DNA from: a virus
DNA: 64,000 nucleotides
Direction: 5' to 3' (one strand)
Virus record (IMG/VR): IMGVR_UViG_3300042402_003259
Coordinates: 18,640-82,639 of that record
Position 1 is the first letter of the stretch, and every line of letters starts with the position of its first letter. Below are positions 46,288 through 55,661 of the stretch, one piece after another. The notes beneath the pieces are model-generated. The model worked only from the letters and a program-made list of their open reading frames with translations. It had not been told where the DNA came from and searched no databases. The position numbers and the translations under genes were made by a program.

Positions 46288-46548
46288 TCATGGCTCGTCA
46301 GTCATGTCAATGGAATTCTGCTCGTTGTCTACCTCATCTAAATACTTCTCCAAAGCCTTAACTAGACCCATTTCTACGATTGGATTGGCTACTTTAGTAT
46401 AAATCATGGGGCATCCATCTTGAGAGACATAAGCCACTATAAATCCTTTGGAGGATTCATCGGACCCACTGAACTCATAGAGTTTGTTAAAATAGTTTTC
46501 AGGAATTTTGAACTGTTTAAAATTCTCTGATTGAGAGTCCTTCTTCAT
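46288..46548 (-). CDS. Hypothetical protein
   Basis: ORF in replication module. Confidence 0.6.
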   Translation of the reverse strand: MKKDSQSENFKQFKIPENYFNKLYEFSGSDESSKGFIVAYVSQDGCPMIYTKVANPIVEMGLVKALEKYLDEVDNEQNSIDMTDEP

Positions 46549-46549
46549 G

Positions 46550-46963
46550 TTATAATATTACACCTTGACTTTCGAAAAGGTCTTTATTTATTGTATCGTT
46601 TTCGAAAATAGTTACAAGTGTAATTTCGTTAAGTTCACAAAAACGTTCTTTTTTCTTATCTCTATTAAGCTGATGAAGAAAGTTCATTCTGTTTTCGTGG
46701 AAGAATTTAACAAAACCAGTGTGCTGCCTACCTTGGACTTCTATAGCTATTTTTTTATTAGCATTATAAAAGTCCAAAGTAAGACGAGTCCCAACAATAG
46801 GAAACTCTTCAAACACAATGTTATGCTGCCAATAGTTTCGCAGAAATTTCTTAACTTCAGCCTGAAATTTACTGCGACTATGCGCTCCCCAATCAATTAA
46901 ATAATTGCGAGCATTCTTGCAGCGTCTTTTTTTATTACTCAGAGATAGAAATTCCATCGCCAA
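46550..46963 (-). CDS. DUF559/Vsr-like endonuclease
   Basis: LDFY..IAIEVQG.QH..RD.KK..C. Confidence 0.8.
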   Translation of the reverse strand: MAMEFLSLSNKKRRCKNARNYLIDWGAHSRSKFQAEVKKFLRNYWQHNIVFEEFPIVGTRLTLDFYNANKKIAIEVQGRQHTGFVKFFHENRMNFLHQLNRDKKKERFCELNEITLVTIFENDTINKDLFESQGVIL

Positions 46964-48104
46964 AATTTAATAGATTTTCACTGATGTACTTGAAAAAGAA
47001 ATTCTTGAGCTTTTCATTATCGTTTACAATTTGTTCGAACTTAGCGGCTCCTTGAATCTGAGAAGGAAAGTCTGTGAAACCAGCTTCTTTCAAAGTATTC
47101 AGAAACTCTTCATCAAAGCTGATCCAAGCTCCTTTCTTAATTGCAATTTCCCACATTGTTAGAAAATCAAAAATCTCTTTCTCTACCCAATTGGAAGTAC
47201 CGTTCTTTCTTCCATATTTAATAGGATATCGAATCGTGCAATTAGTTCTCTCGTTGGGTGACTTCTTGACCACAATCTTAACAAAATGTCCAAGATAAGG
47301 ATTCTTTTGTTCGTCGTAAGAAGCGTTGGGGTCTTCAAGAATCAGATCGCCCTTGAAACGAGCGTCGAATTCAAAAATCCAGTTTGCAAAATGCAACAAA
47401 GCGTTGCCGCCTGTAGCAGTGGTTTGGCGAATCGGAGCTTTACTGTATGGATCAAGCTTGATATCAGCGCGAACTTGAGAAATAAATACTGCGATATGAC
47501 CACGCTTTTGTAGTGCGATAGAAATACGCTTCATTAGATCGGCGGCAATAACTGCTCCACCAGCCACCTTTTGAGATTCTTCAAAAGTTTTATCAAGATC
47601 GCCCTTGCGAATCAATCCATCAACAGAGTCGAGAAGGAAGAAGTATTGAATCTTTTCATCGTTCTTACCTACTAGTTCGCGCATTGCATCAAATACTGTT
47701 TCATGAATGTTAGATTCAAATACGAAACAAGTTCCATCAACCCATTCATCTTCATTAAATACGAACTTAACTCCAGATCGTTCAATCATCTCTTTACTCA
47801 ATCGACCTTCAGCTTTGATATAAAAGCCTTTACGTTTCTTAGGTTGATCCAAGAAATTCTTCATAAACTGAAGAGCGCAGCTTGTCTTGCCGCCTTCATT
47901 GATTCCGCAGAATCGATGAAGACCAGTTCCTAAACCGCCAGATAAAAAGTAATCAAGCAACAGACTGCCACTTGATACCTTATAATCTATACTTGGTTCG
48001 AAATTATAATGAGACTCTTTGTTGTTCTTCAAGAAACTCTTTAGTTGGTCTTGAGACGTAGTGATTTTGCCGCTATCTACTTCTTCTTTATTCTTTTTAC
48101 TCAT
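46935..48104 (-). CDS. recA: RecA/UvsX recombinase
   Basis: SSGS..LD..L.GG, GINEGGKT, LLDSV, FISQ.R, TGGNAL.H. Confidence 0.9.
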   Translation of the reverse strand: MSKKNKEEVDSGKITTSQDQLKSFLKNNKESHYNFEPSIDYKVSSGSLLLDYFLSGGLGTGLHRFCGINEGGKTSCALQFMKNFLDQPKKRKGFYIKAEGRLSKEMIERSGVKFVFNEDEWVDGTCFVFESNIHETVFDAMRELVGKNDEKIQYFFLLDSVDGLIRKGDLDKTFEESQKVAGGAVIAADLMKRISIALQKRGHIAVFISQVRADIKLDPYSKAPIRQTTATGGNALLHFANWIFEFDARFKGDLILEDPNASYDEQKNPYLGHFVKIVVKKSPNERTNCTIRYPIKYGRKNGTSNWVEKEIFDFLTMWEIAIKKGAWISFDEEFLNTLKEAGFTDFPSQIQGAAKFEQIVNDNEKLKNFFFKYISENLLNFGDGISISE

Positions 48105-48448
48105 TTTAGAAAGTCTTTAATTGTTTTTGGTTTTACTGCTATATTATAGTCTTGTCCAGCCTTTTCGCCAATGTTTATTTCAATATTTTTGTATTGAGGT
48201 TCGTAGTGAAAATCGCGATATTTTTTTTCAATATCTTTCATATCCATAGCGATATGAATAGCTAAAGAGTTGACTTGTTGAAAAGAACTTTTAAGCCAAA
48301 AATCTTCACTTGGAAATTTCTGAAGAATTCTTTTTAGTAAAGTATATTCTTTAGTCATGAATTCTTTACTTGGTTTAACAGGTCTAAAAACCAACTTAAA
48401 AAGAATTTCTTTTTTATTCAATTTTTTAGTTGTTTTACTCTTTGCCAC
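48101..48448 (-). CDS. Hypothetical protein
   Basis: GTG start close to TTGACT..CATTAT promoter. Confidence 0.55.
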   Translation of the reverse strand: MAKSKTTKKLNKKEILFKLVFRPVKPSKEFMTKEYTLLKRILQKFPSEDFWLKSSFQQVNSLAIHIAMDMKDIEKKYRDFHYEPQYKNIEINIGEKAGQDYNIAVKPKTIKDFLK

Positions 48449-48486
48449 GCAGTGATAATGGCATGAAAAACTTCGTAAGTCAACAG

Positions 48487-48519
48487 CAAAAAACCGTCAG
48501 TTTCCTGACGGTTTCTTTT
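48487..48519. terminator. Intrinsic terminator
   Basis: AAACCGTCAG-tttc-CTGACGGTTT. Confidence 0.75.
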
Positions 48520-48532
48520 AATTTATTATTTA

Positions 48533-49063
48533 TTAAGCTTTTGGATCGAAGCCAGCACTCTGAAGATCAGGATTTTTAAGAGCAGATTTTTCTTGCTCTG
48601 CTTTTAGCTTTTCATCTATCTTCAAACCTTCGATGGCTGCATCTGGGGTAATGTTTCCTGATGGAGCGGCGGGAGTTTCTGGAAAAACGGCTAACTGAGC
48701 GGCTTCAGACTTTTCAGATTCTGGAGATTCACCAGCTTCTTTCTTACCTTCGTCATTCAAATTACCCTTCTTTTGCATTCTCTTTAGAATAGCTTTTTGA
48801 ATAGCTGGAGGGAGAGTCTTTTGTTTCTCTGTGAGTTGTCCAGCCATTTCATTGAGCATTGGGCGATTCTTCATGTACGACATACCGCACATATACTTAG
48901 CATCGCTTGTACTCATGCCAGCGGTGTTAGTCAAAGATTCATCTTTGAGCATACATTCGCTCATATATTCGCTGTGCATTTCCATTTCATCTTCTTCTAT
49001 CATGCTTGAAAGTGAAACTTCAGCGACGAAATTTTTATTATCGAATTTTAGATTAGATTTCAT
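48533..49063 (-). CDS. Hypothetical, possibly internal head protein
   Basis: LT.KQK.LPP.IQK.IL motif, charged low complexity. Confidence 0.55.
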   Translation of the reverse strand: MKSNLKFDNKNFVAEVSLSSMIEEDEMEMHSEYMSECMLKDESLTNTAGMSTSDAKYMCGMSYMKNRPMLNEMAGQLTEKQKTLPPAIQKAILKRMQKKGNLNDEGKKEAGESPESEKSEAAQLAVFPETPAAPSGNITPDAAIEGLKIDEKLKAEQEKSALKNPDLQSAGFDPKA

Positions 49064-49064
49064 A

Positions 49065-49937
49065 TTATTTGTTACCTTCTAGGATTTTAATTTGGTTTAT
49101 TGTTTTTGTTAAAATATCGCCCTTTTTGAAATTAGCTCCTTCATTGATGACTTCATAAGCAACTACTTTGCCCATATCATTTGGGAGATCTTTAATTTCT
49201 TTAATGAAGCCTTCGCTATTGTAGTGTTTACAAGAAGCGTTAATATTTAGTACGCGCATACCAGCTTCCATTTCATTCTCAACTTCCATTTCTTTTTCAT
49301 CTTCTTTTTGAGAATAAACAAGGTAGTTGTATACGGCGAAAAGATAATCCTCCATCAATGTGATTTTACTTTGAACCCAAGGTTCAATTTCTTCAGCCAT
49401 AGATGGATTTGCACGAAGTTTTTCAAGAAGATCTTTAGAATTATCTGCTATATAAGCTAATTGGGCCATAGCCATTTCAGCAGCTTCTTCATTTCCTTCT
49501 TCAGACTCGTTCTCAATTTCTTCAGTAATTTCTTGAGCTTGAGATAAATGTGGGGCTATTTTAAGAAGATCAGCTTCTTCCCAAAGAGTAATACCATCCC
49601 ATTGATGAACAACGTCGTCTATAGATCCTTTTGTAGTATAATCGGTAACTGATTTTTTAGATTCCCACATTTTGCAGGACCAATATTTAGCTTTCCAACG
49701 AGGGCCGGGATTAGTGTCGCATTGATGGCGAGCGCGAAAACTCTTTCTACGGGCTGGATCGTCGCGCTTAATCTCCATATTTGGATCACCGAAGTTCACC
49801 TTTACGACATTGCCTTTTTCATTTTTAACGTAAACAGAAAACTTCTTAGGCCCTTTTGAGGTTCTGAAAGGCTTGTTTAAAGCTTTCTTGTCTTTTGCGG
49901 CGCGAATCTCGTTGCTAAAATTTACCGATATGTTCAT
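49065..49937 (-). CDS. Conserved phage protein (KVNFGD..RRKSFRARH.C..YWSC domain)
   Basis: Recognisable motif plus EPWVQSKIT domain. Confidence 0.65.
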   Translation of the reverse strand: MNISVNFSNEIRAAKDKKALNKPFRTSKGPKKFSVYVKNEKGNVVKVNFGDPNMEIKRDDPARRKSFRARHQCDTNPGPRWKAKYWSCKMWESKKSVTDYTTKGSIDDVVHQWDGITLWEEADLLKIAPHLSQAQEITEEIENESEEGNEEAAEMAMAQLAYIADNSKDLLEKLRANPSMAEEIEPWVQSKITLMEDYLFAVYNYLVYSQKEDEKEMEVENEMEAGMRVLNINASCKHYNSEGFIKEIKDLPNDMGKVVAYEVINEGANFKKGDILTKTINQIKILEGNK

Positions 49938-49940
49938 TTT

Positions 49941-50078
49941 TTAATCTTCTATATTAACGAAATTAAGATTTAGTTCATCTTCATTTACACCAAATTCTTT
50001 TAAATCAGAAAAAGCTTGAACAAATTCTTCTTCGTCAAAATCATCATAATGATATATATCTACTATTCTATCATTCAT
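49941..50078 (-). CDS. 45 aa acidic protein
   Basis: Read from sequence: MNDRIVDIYHYDDFDEEEF.. Confidence 0.5.
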   Translation of the reverse strand: MNDRIVDIYHYDDFDEEEFVQAFSDLKEFGVNEDELNLNFVNIED

Positions 50079-50082
50079 ATTA

Positions 50083-50553
50083 TTAATTAGCTATGTCTTG
50101 ATCTGCGCGACGATAAGCATCTTTGACTTTACCTCCGCTTTGCATTCTTAAAAATGTATTCACTCTCGCTAAAGCCCAAGCCGCTCTTGATTTACCGGGA
50201 CGATGACTTGAACTAAAAGCTCCTAAACCTCTTCTATAAACTTTTTTTAATTGGCTGAGTGTAACTTTTTTAGAATATTTTGCATTATGATTTTTAACTT
50301 TTTCTTTTAAAGTGTTTGTTACTTTTTCACTGAAAGTGATCTCAGCTTGACTAATTAATTGTTTATCATCTTTTCTTTTTAGAACTTCTTTAGCTCTTTC
50401 TTTAGCTTCTGGAGTTGTTCCAGCAGATCCAGGTTCGTTTATATTTGAACCTTTCTTTTTCTCTTCTGGTTTAGCTGGGGTTTGAGCAGAGCTTTTAGGC
50501 CCTTGTCTTTTCTTCGCAGCTATTTCTTGGCTAAAATCTAATACTAAATTCAT
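50083..50553 (-). CDS. DUF5824-like basic protein
   Basis: LKKVYRRG.GAF..SHRPG..WA.ARVN.F. Confidence 0.65.
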   Translation of the reverse strand: MNLVLDFSQEIAAKKRQGPKSSAQTPAKPEEKKKGSNINEPGSAGTTPEAKERAKEVLKRKDDKQLISQAEITFSEKVTNTLKEKVKNHNAKYSKKVTLSQLKKVYRRGLGAFSSSHRPGKSRAAWALARVNTFLRMQSGGKVKDAYRRADQDIAN

Positions 50554-50589
50554 ATCATTTATTACACAAGATAATTAAGTGTTAGAAAA

Positions 50590-50619
50590 AAGAAAGCCGC
50601 TTTTTAGGGCGGCTTTCTC
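50590..50619 (-). terminator. Intrinsic terminator
   Basis: AGAAAGCCGC/GCGGCTTTCT hairpin followed by U-run on minus strand. Confidence 0.7.
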
Positions 50620-50635
50620 GTTGTTGTGTTTTATA

Positions 50636-50776
50636 TTACTTCTTCTTACCGCCGCTTGGCTTTGCTGGCACGGTTGGCTTGCTTGCTGGCTTTGCGGCCT
50701 TGGCTGAAGCGGTAACTACCTTAGCGGCAGTCTTTGAAGTGTTCTTTACTGTAGTCTTAGCTGTAGTCTTGCTCAT
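50636..50776 (-). CDS. 46 aa histone H1/Hc1-like Lys-Ala-Thr-Pro-rich protein
   Basis: MSKTTAKTTVKNTSKTAAKVVTASAKAAKPASKPTVPAKPSGGKKK; followed by terminator; missed by ORF track. Confidence 0.7.
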   Translation of the reverse strand: MSKTTAKTTVKNTSKTAAKVVTASAKAAKPASKPTVPAKPSGGKKK

Positions 50777-50824
50777 ATTTGTATATGTGATTTATGTTAT
50801 ATTTGAGAAAATGTTTTTCAACTT

Positions 50825-52807
50825 TTATCGAATTGGACATGCACCGCCAGCGCATTCAGCCATTTCTAGCATTTCTGTACTACCAGTAGAGATGTTTGTG
50901 AGAGGTTTAACTTTAGCACTTGCAGTGAGATATGCGGTTTCATCAATTTCTTGATATGGAGCTTGCTTGAAACCGTGATCCTTAAAAAGAAGGAAGCTTA
51001 CGCTCTTAACGTTGTGTTCATAATTATCTTTCAACCAAGTTTTTAGAGTATCAAGTTCTTCTGGCTTATAATAAGCAGTAACAGAAACGGCGTTGTCAGA
51101 CCAAACTGTTTGAAGCTTCTTAACCATATCAAGCTGCTTAATAACATCCATGTCCTTGGTGAGGATGGAGCCTTCTGGAGTTTTGCATGGGAAATAAACT
51201 ACAACAGTATCGCGATTTTCAGTTCCATCAAAATTAATAAGGAACTCAACATGATATCCCATATCCTTACAGATTTGAACTAGAGCATCAGAGCTAGACA
51301 TGCGAACTGTACGCATATAATACTCACTGAAAGCTGGATGAACACCGGGGGTAGCTCCACCAAGCAAGCTTAGTGTTCCGCTTGGTTTGATTGTGGTCAG
51401 CTTAATGCTTTCTGACCATCCACGCTTCGCGCTCCATTCTTTGTCGAACTTACGCAAAGCGATATAACAATCATCAAGCCAATCAAGCTTATCAAGAGAC
51501 TGACAAACACCAGTAACACCAAGACCAAGACGCATGTTCTTATGAACGATTCGATTAGTTTCTTCATGAATGAAGGGTAGGGAGGCAATAGCTTTTTGAG
51601 TCTTATAAAGAAGTTGAGCGCAGTCAATCAGTTCTTCTTTAGAAGTAATGTTGTTTAGGTATAGTTCTGAAAGATTGCAGCACTCATAATTAGAAAGACT
51701 AATTTCAGCGCAAGGGTTCGTCATTTCACAATTATCTGTATCTGTGGGATACATGGAATTATCTGAAATTGGACCATCCTTAATACGGCCAAACTTTTGA
51801 GAAAGAGGAAGGTTGAAAAATCCATAAGGCTCGCCATTTGCATAGCCAGAATCTTTATTGATCTCATATCCATTCTTCCAAATTTCTTCAAGAACGTGAT
51901 CATAACTATCGGCATAGATAGTATTGTTGCTCATCGCTCGCCAATTGGGAACATTTCCTGAACCCCAGTTCTTGGCGCGAAGATAAAGAATATCGTCAGG
52001 ATCACCTAGGGCGATTTCTGCGCTACGACGTACATTACCAGCGACAACAACGCTGCCAATAATATTACAGATATCCAACACATCAATCGAGCGAAGCTTT
52101 TTGCCTTCGCGAGCTTGGAAGATTTTTGTGATCTTATCGATTCCGTCAATAAGGATTTGTGGGCCACTAGCCTTGCCGCCAAAACCCTTGATTGGTTCGC
52201 CGTAACCTCTGATGAGAATAGTCGAGTACGAAAACGATTTACCTGTAACGTAAAAAGCATCCAGAACTTTAGAAAGTAGATTAACCCAACCTTCGCGTTT
52301 ATCTGGCACAATATAATCAGCGTCTTTAGTTGCTTCATGAATAACTGTTACACTTTTCTTAATCTTTGGAAGCTCATGAACATCTTCGCGACGAATGCTA
52401 TAACCAACGCCGCCGCCAAGCATTAGATTCTCAAAAAGGAAAAGGAAAGCCCTTGGTTCACGCATTGCTGTAGCCCAGCAATTGAGAAGAGAATTTGCGC
52501 CGAAACGATCTACGGTAGAAGTACCAAGCTGCCAAAGCATTCGGCCAGCAAAATTGCACTTCAAATTAAAAACATAATCGTAAATACGTTCAGCTTCTTC
52601 TTTTGTATATTGTGCGCCAATCTTTTGTGCGCCATTTATACAGCGTTCTACTGTTTCGTTCCATTCTTCAGTAGTTCCATCTTCCTTGAGACGAGCATAC
52701 GTTCTTTTGTATACTATATATCCAAGACCGTTGAAACCCCAGTTTGGTTGTTTGTTTTTATATTTGGCGAGAAAAGATGGCGAAAGAATATTTAAATTAT
52801 CATTCAT
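50825..52807 (-). CDS. nrdJ: Class II (adenosylcobalamin) ribonucleotide reductase, monomeric type
   Basis: AGRMLW, LLNC, GGGVG, GNVRRSAE, TNPCAE, TIKPSGT, C-terminal CxxxxCP. Confidence 0.92.
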   Translation of the reverse strand: MNDNLNILSPSFLAKYKNKQPNWGFNGLGYIVYKRTYARLKEDGTTEEWNETVERCINGAQKIGAQYTKEEAERIYDYVFNLKCNFAGRMLWQLGTSTVDRFGANSLLNCWATAMREPRAFLFLFENLMLGGGVGYSIRREDVHELPKIKKSVTVIHEATKDADYIVPDKREGWVNLLSKVLDAFYVTGKSFSYSTILIRGYGEPIKGFGGKASGPQILIDGIDKITKIFQAREGKKLRSIDVLDICNIIGSVVVAGNVRRSAEIALGDPDDILYLRAKNWGSGNVPNWRAMSNNTIYADSYDHVLEEIWKNGYEINKDSGYANGEPYGFFNLPLSQKFGRIKDGPISDNSMYPTDTDNCEMTNPCAEISLSNYECCNLSELYLNNITSKEELIDCAQLLYKTQKAIASLPFIHEETNRIVHKNMRLGLGVTGVCQSLDKLDWLDDCYIALRKFDKEWSAKRGWSESIKLTTIKPSGTLSLLGGATPGVHPAFSEYYMRTVRMSSSDALVQICKDMGYHVEFLINFDGTENRDTVVVYFPCKTPEGSILTKDMDVIKQLDMVKKLQTVWSDNAVSVTAYYKPEELDTLKTWLKDNYEHNVKSVSFLLFKDHGFKQAPYQEIDETAYLTASAKVKPLTNISTGSTEMLEMAECAGGACPIR

Positions 52808-52825
52808 GGTAAAGAGTATTATACA

Positions 52826-53890
52826 CTAGATTTTAAAATTATCTATGTCATACTTTACCATACGTTCTACAAGGTTGTCAAAGGAAATTTTCGGCTTCCA
52901 ACCTAATTCTTCTCTGGCTGGAGTTGAGTTGCCTAAAAGAAGCTCAACTTCAGCAGGTCTGTAAAATTTAGGATTAATTTTAACTAAAACAGATGAACAG
53001 ATTTCTCGCTCTTCCATTAAATAATTTGCCATACTGAACTCTTCATCGGTTCCATTTCCGTGCCAAGCTCCATAAAAACCAGCGATTTGAAACGATTTAT
53101 TAATAAATTCTCTTATCGTATGAGTTTCATTGCTGGATAAAACATAATCTTTTGGTTTTTCTTGATTGAGCATTTTCCATACTCCATCAACAAAGTCTTC
53201 ACTATCAGACCAATCTCTTTTAGCGTCTAAATTGCCTAATTCAATCGGTGCGAATGGTTGCTTGTTTTTAATCGCATGATATATGCGAGCTACACCTTTG
53301 CTAATTTTTCTCGTAACAAATTCTTCTCCTCGTTTAACTCCTTCGTGATTAAATAAAATGCCATGAACAGCGTATAAATTATAAGATTCACGATACACTT
53401 TTACCAAATGACGCGCAGCAGCTTTACTTGCTCCATAAGGGCTTCTTGGTCTTACGGGGTGGTGAATGTCTTGTGGGCTGTATTGCACATCACCAAACTC
53501 TTCACTAGATCCAGCAGAATAAAAACGACAATTTGGTTTGAATCTTCGAATAGCTTCTAAGCACCGTGCAACTCCAGTAGCATTAATATCAAAGGTTTGA
53601 AGTGGAATTTCCCAACTGCACCCAACAAAACTTTGTGCGCCAAAATTAATAAAATAATCTGGTTTGATATCGTTTACCAAAGAATCAATACTTATACTAT
53701 CTGACAAATCTCCATAAATAAATTTAAATCTAGGATTATTTATAAAATTAACACAGTTAACAAAATTTGGATTTGACGTTCTTCTCATCATTCCAAAAAT
53801 TTGAGCATCAGTATTGGCTAATAAATATTCAGCCATATTAGCTCCATCTTGACCGAGTATTCCTGTTATAAGTGTTTTTTCGTTTTTCAT
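52826..53890 (-). CDS. gmd: GDP-mannose 4,6-dehydratase
   Basis: ITGILGQDG, AQSFV, PRSPYGASK, GILFNHE, LGNLDAKRDW, RPAEV. Confidence 0.95.
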   Translation of the reverse strand: MKNEKTLITGILGQDGANMAEYLLANTDAQIFGMMRRTSNPNFVNCVNFINNPRFKFIYGDLSDSISIDSLVNDIKPDYFINFGAQSFVGCSWEIPLQTFDINATGVARCLEAIRRFKPNCRFYSAGSSEEFGDVQYSPQDIHHPVRPRSPYGASKAAARHLVKVYRESYNLYAVHGILFNHEGVKRGEEFVTRKISKGVARIYHAIKNKQPFAPIELGNLDAKRDWSDSEDFVDGVWKMLNQEKPKDYVLSSNETHTIREFINKSFQIAGFYGAWHGNGTDEEFSMANYLMEEREICSSVLVKINPKFYRPAEVELLLGNSTPAREELGWKPKISFDNLVERMVKYDIDNFKI

Positions 53891-53891
53891 T

Positions 53892-54479
53892 TTATTTATT
53901 TTTAAAAATCACCAAAAGTCCTCTTTGGCACCTTTCATAAGGCAAAGAGTTTTTATTAAAAAGATAATGATGCAAGTTTCTTTCTTTGCATTTTTCATAT
54001 ATCGATCTTAAATTTATAAAGCTATCTTCAATTAAATTTATATCATGATAAATTAATATTCCATTCTGTTCAAGAATATTATCATAAACATATTCGAACC
54101 ATTCGTCTGTATGATGATGATCTGCGTCACTCATTATAAAATCATATTTTTCTTTAGTTGAAAAAATAAAATCTTTTTCATTTGACGTTATTAGTTTTAT
54201 ATCATTTTTATATTTAGCATTTATGTCTTCTGGCATTGTGCCTCCCCAATCTATCCAATTATCAACAACTGTAATAGATACGTTATTTGAATTTATTTTT
54301 GAAGCTTGCAAAATTGCATCAAGGCTTCTTCCTCCTCCAATTCCTAATTCTAGAATTTTTTCTGGTTTATGACTTAAAACAAGTCCATATAAAAAATATG
54401 CATGAACCACATCTATTTTTACGAATTCATTATCATTAAATCCCATATGAATTGTATAGTTATTTTTATTTTTCTCCAA
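53892..54479 (-). CDS. SAM-dependent methyltransferase (Methyltransf_24-like)
   Basis: ILELGIGGG, DFIMSDADH, G.LIYHD. Confidence 0.8.
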   Translation of the reverse strand: MEKNKNNYTIHMGFNDNEFVKIDVVHAYFLYGLVLSHKPEKILELGIGGGRSLDAILQASKINSNNVSITVVDNWIDWGGTMPEDINAKYKNDIKLITSNEKDFIFSTKEKYDFIMSDADHHHTDEWFEYVYDNILEQNGILIYHDINLIEDSFINLRSIYEKCKERNLHHYLFNKNSLPYERCQRGLLVIFKNK

Positions 54480-54957
54480 AAATCATGAAAGAATTATTTA
54501 AATCAACTTGCGAAAAATATATATTTTGATACCCTTTGTCTTCCATGTAGTCTTTTATAATAAAAGGAGAAAATATATTAACATGTTTTTTGTTATTCCA
54601 AGGTCTCCAGTACACTTGAGAATAGTCTGGCAAATATAAAAATAAAATTCCTTCTTTTTTTAATGTGTCGTGCCAGTAATCCATAACTTCAACCCAGTTT
54701 GTAATATGTTCTAGGCAATGACTAGAAAATATATAATCTATATTTTTTTCTGGAAGATTTAAGGCGTGATATCCATTGTTAAACGAAAGATCTATTGGTA
54801 TAGAATCTGGAAAAGCCCATTCTTTTTTCATACATCCTATATCATATCCAATTCCTTTGCAAACTTGTTTAGCAAAAGGTATAGCAAATTGAGCAGCGTT
54901 TCCTGTGGATTGAAATTTAGGATAGCATTTATTTTTAAAATTAATTGTTTCTATCAT
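54466..54957 (-). CDS. SAM-dependent methyltransferase
   Basis: GYDIGC, DYIFSSHCLEH, LKKEG.L.L.LP. Confidence 0.8.
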   Translation of the reverse strand: MIETINFKNKCYPKFQSTGNAAQFAIPFAKQVCKGIGYDIGCMKKEWAFPDSIPIDLSFNNGYHALNLPEKNIDYIFSSHCLEHITNWVEVMDYWHDTLKKEGILFLYLPDYSQVYWRPWNNKKHVNIFSPFIIKDYMEDKGYQNIYFSQVDLNNSFMIFGEK

Positions 54958-54959
54958 GG

Positions 54960-55661
54960 TTAATAATTATAAAGTTGATTGTAGTCCATTTTCATTGTTT
55001 CTGGTTTATTTCCGTTTCCATATTGACATGGGCCAGCGTAATGAATGAAATCAGCTTTATACCTTTCATTATTTAAATCAGGCTTTCCAAGATGCATTCT
55101 GTTAAAACGATAGTCTATAGATTTAAACGGAATTTTATTTTTTGCTATCCAGTAATTTACAATTGTTTGTTCTCCAAAATACCATATATCGGGCCAGTTT
55201 GGAATGTCAGATAAATCAAAAGCTGATTTAAAATTATCAAAAGTATTTTTAGAAAAAATCATAACTCCGGCATTGAAGTATTGCTTTTTATTTTTATTAT
55301 TTATGGGCCATTGTATTTTAGAAATCTTTTCATGAATATAGCTATCTCTATTCATACATTCAGTATTGTCGTTTTCATCAAAAGCGTAAAAAATATTTAA
55401 TTCATCGTAAATATTAAAAATGTTTTCTGCTTTTGGTGTTATCATTATATCCGCATCAAGATAAAGAACTCTATCGTATCCTTGGTTGAAAAGAGAAAAC
55501 AATTGATATTTCTCAAACATTATATGAGGTCCATTAATTAATGCATTTTGTGATATAAAATAATCTATATCATTTTTTTTAGAATAATCTATTACACTTT
55601 TTATGCAATACTCTTGACCTCTGGAAGGGCCTATTAAAAATTGAAAAATTGCTGTTTTCAT
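54960..55661 (-). CDS. GT-A glycosyltransferase (GT8/GT34-like)
   Basis: VLYLDAD, YFNAGVM, EQT..N, FIHYAG. Confidence 0.85.
   Translation of the reverse strand: MKTAIFQFLIGPSRGQEYCIKSVIDYSKKNDIDYFISQNALINGPHIMFEKYQLFSLFNQGYDRVLYLDADIMITPKAENIFNIYDELNIFYAFDENDNTECMNRDSYIHEKISKIQWPINNKNKKQYFNAGVMIFSKNTFDNFKSAFDLSDIPNWPDIWYFGEQTIVNYWIAKNKIPFKSIDYRFNRMHLGKPDLNNERYKADFIHYAGPCQYGNGNKPETMKMDYNQLYNY

Noticed and set aside
2644-48000. Many short plus-strand ORFs in the track (e.g. 18236-18733, 45625-45996)
   Set aside because: They overlap well-supported minus-strand genes and show no recognisable motifs
50679-50954. 91-aa hydrophobic plus-strand ORF
   Set aside because: Antisense shadow of the Lys/Ala-rich 46-aa gene and the nrdJ 3' end
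38711-52807. Inteins or introns in dnaE, dnaB, recA or nrdJ
   Set aside because: Lengths are ordinary and no intein terminal or LAGLIDADG motifs are seen
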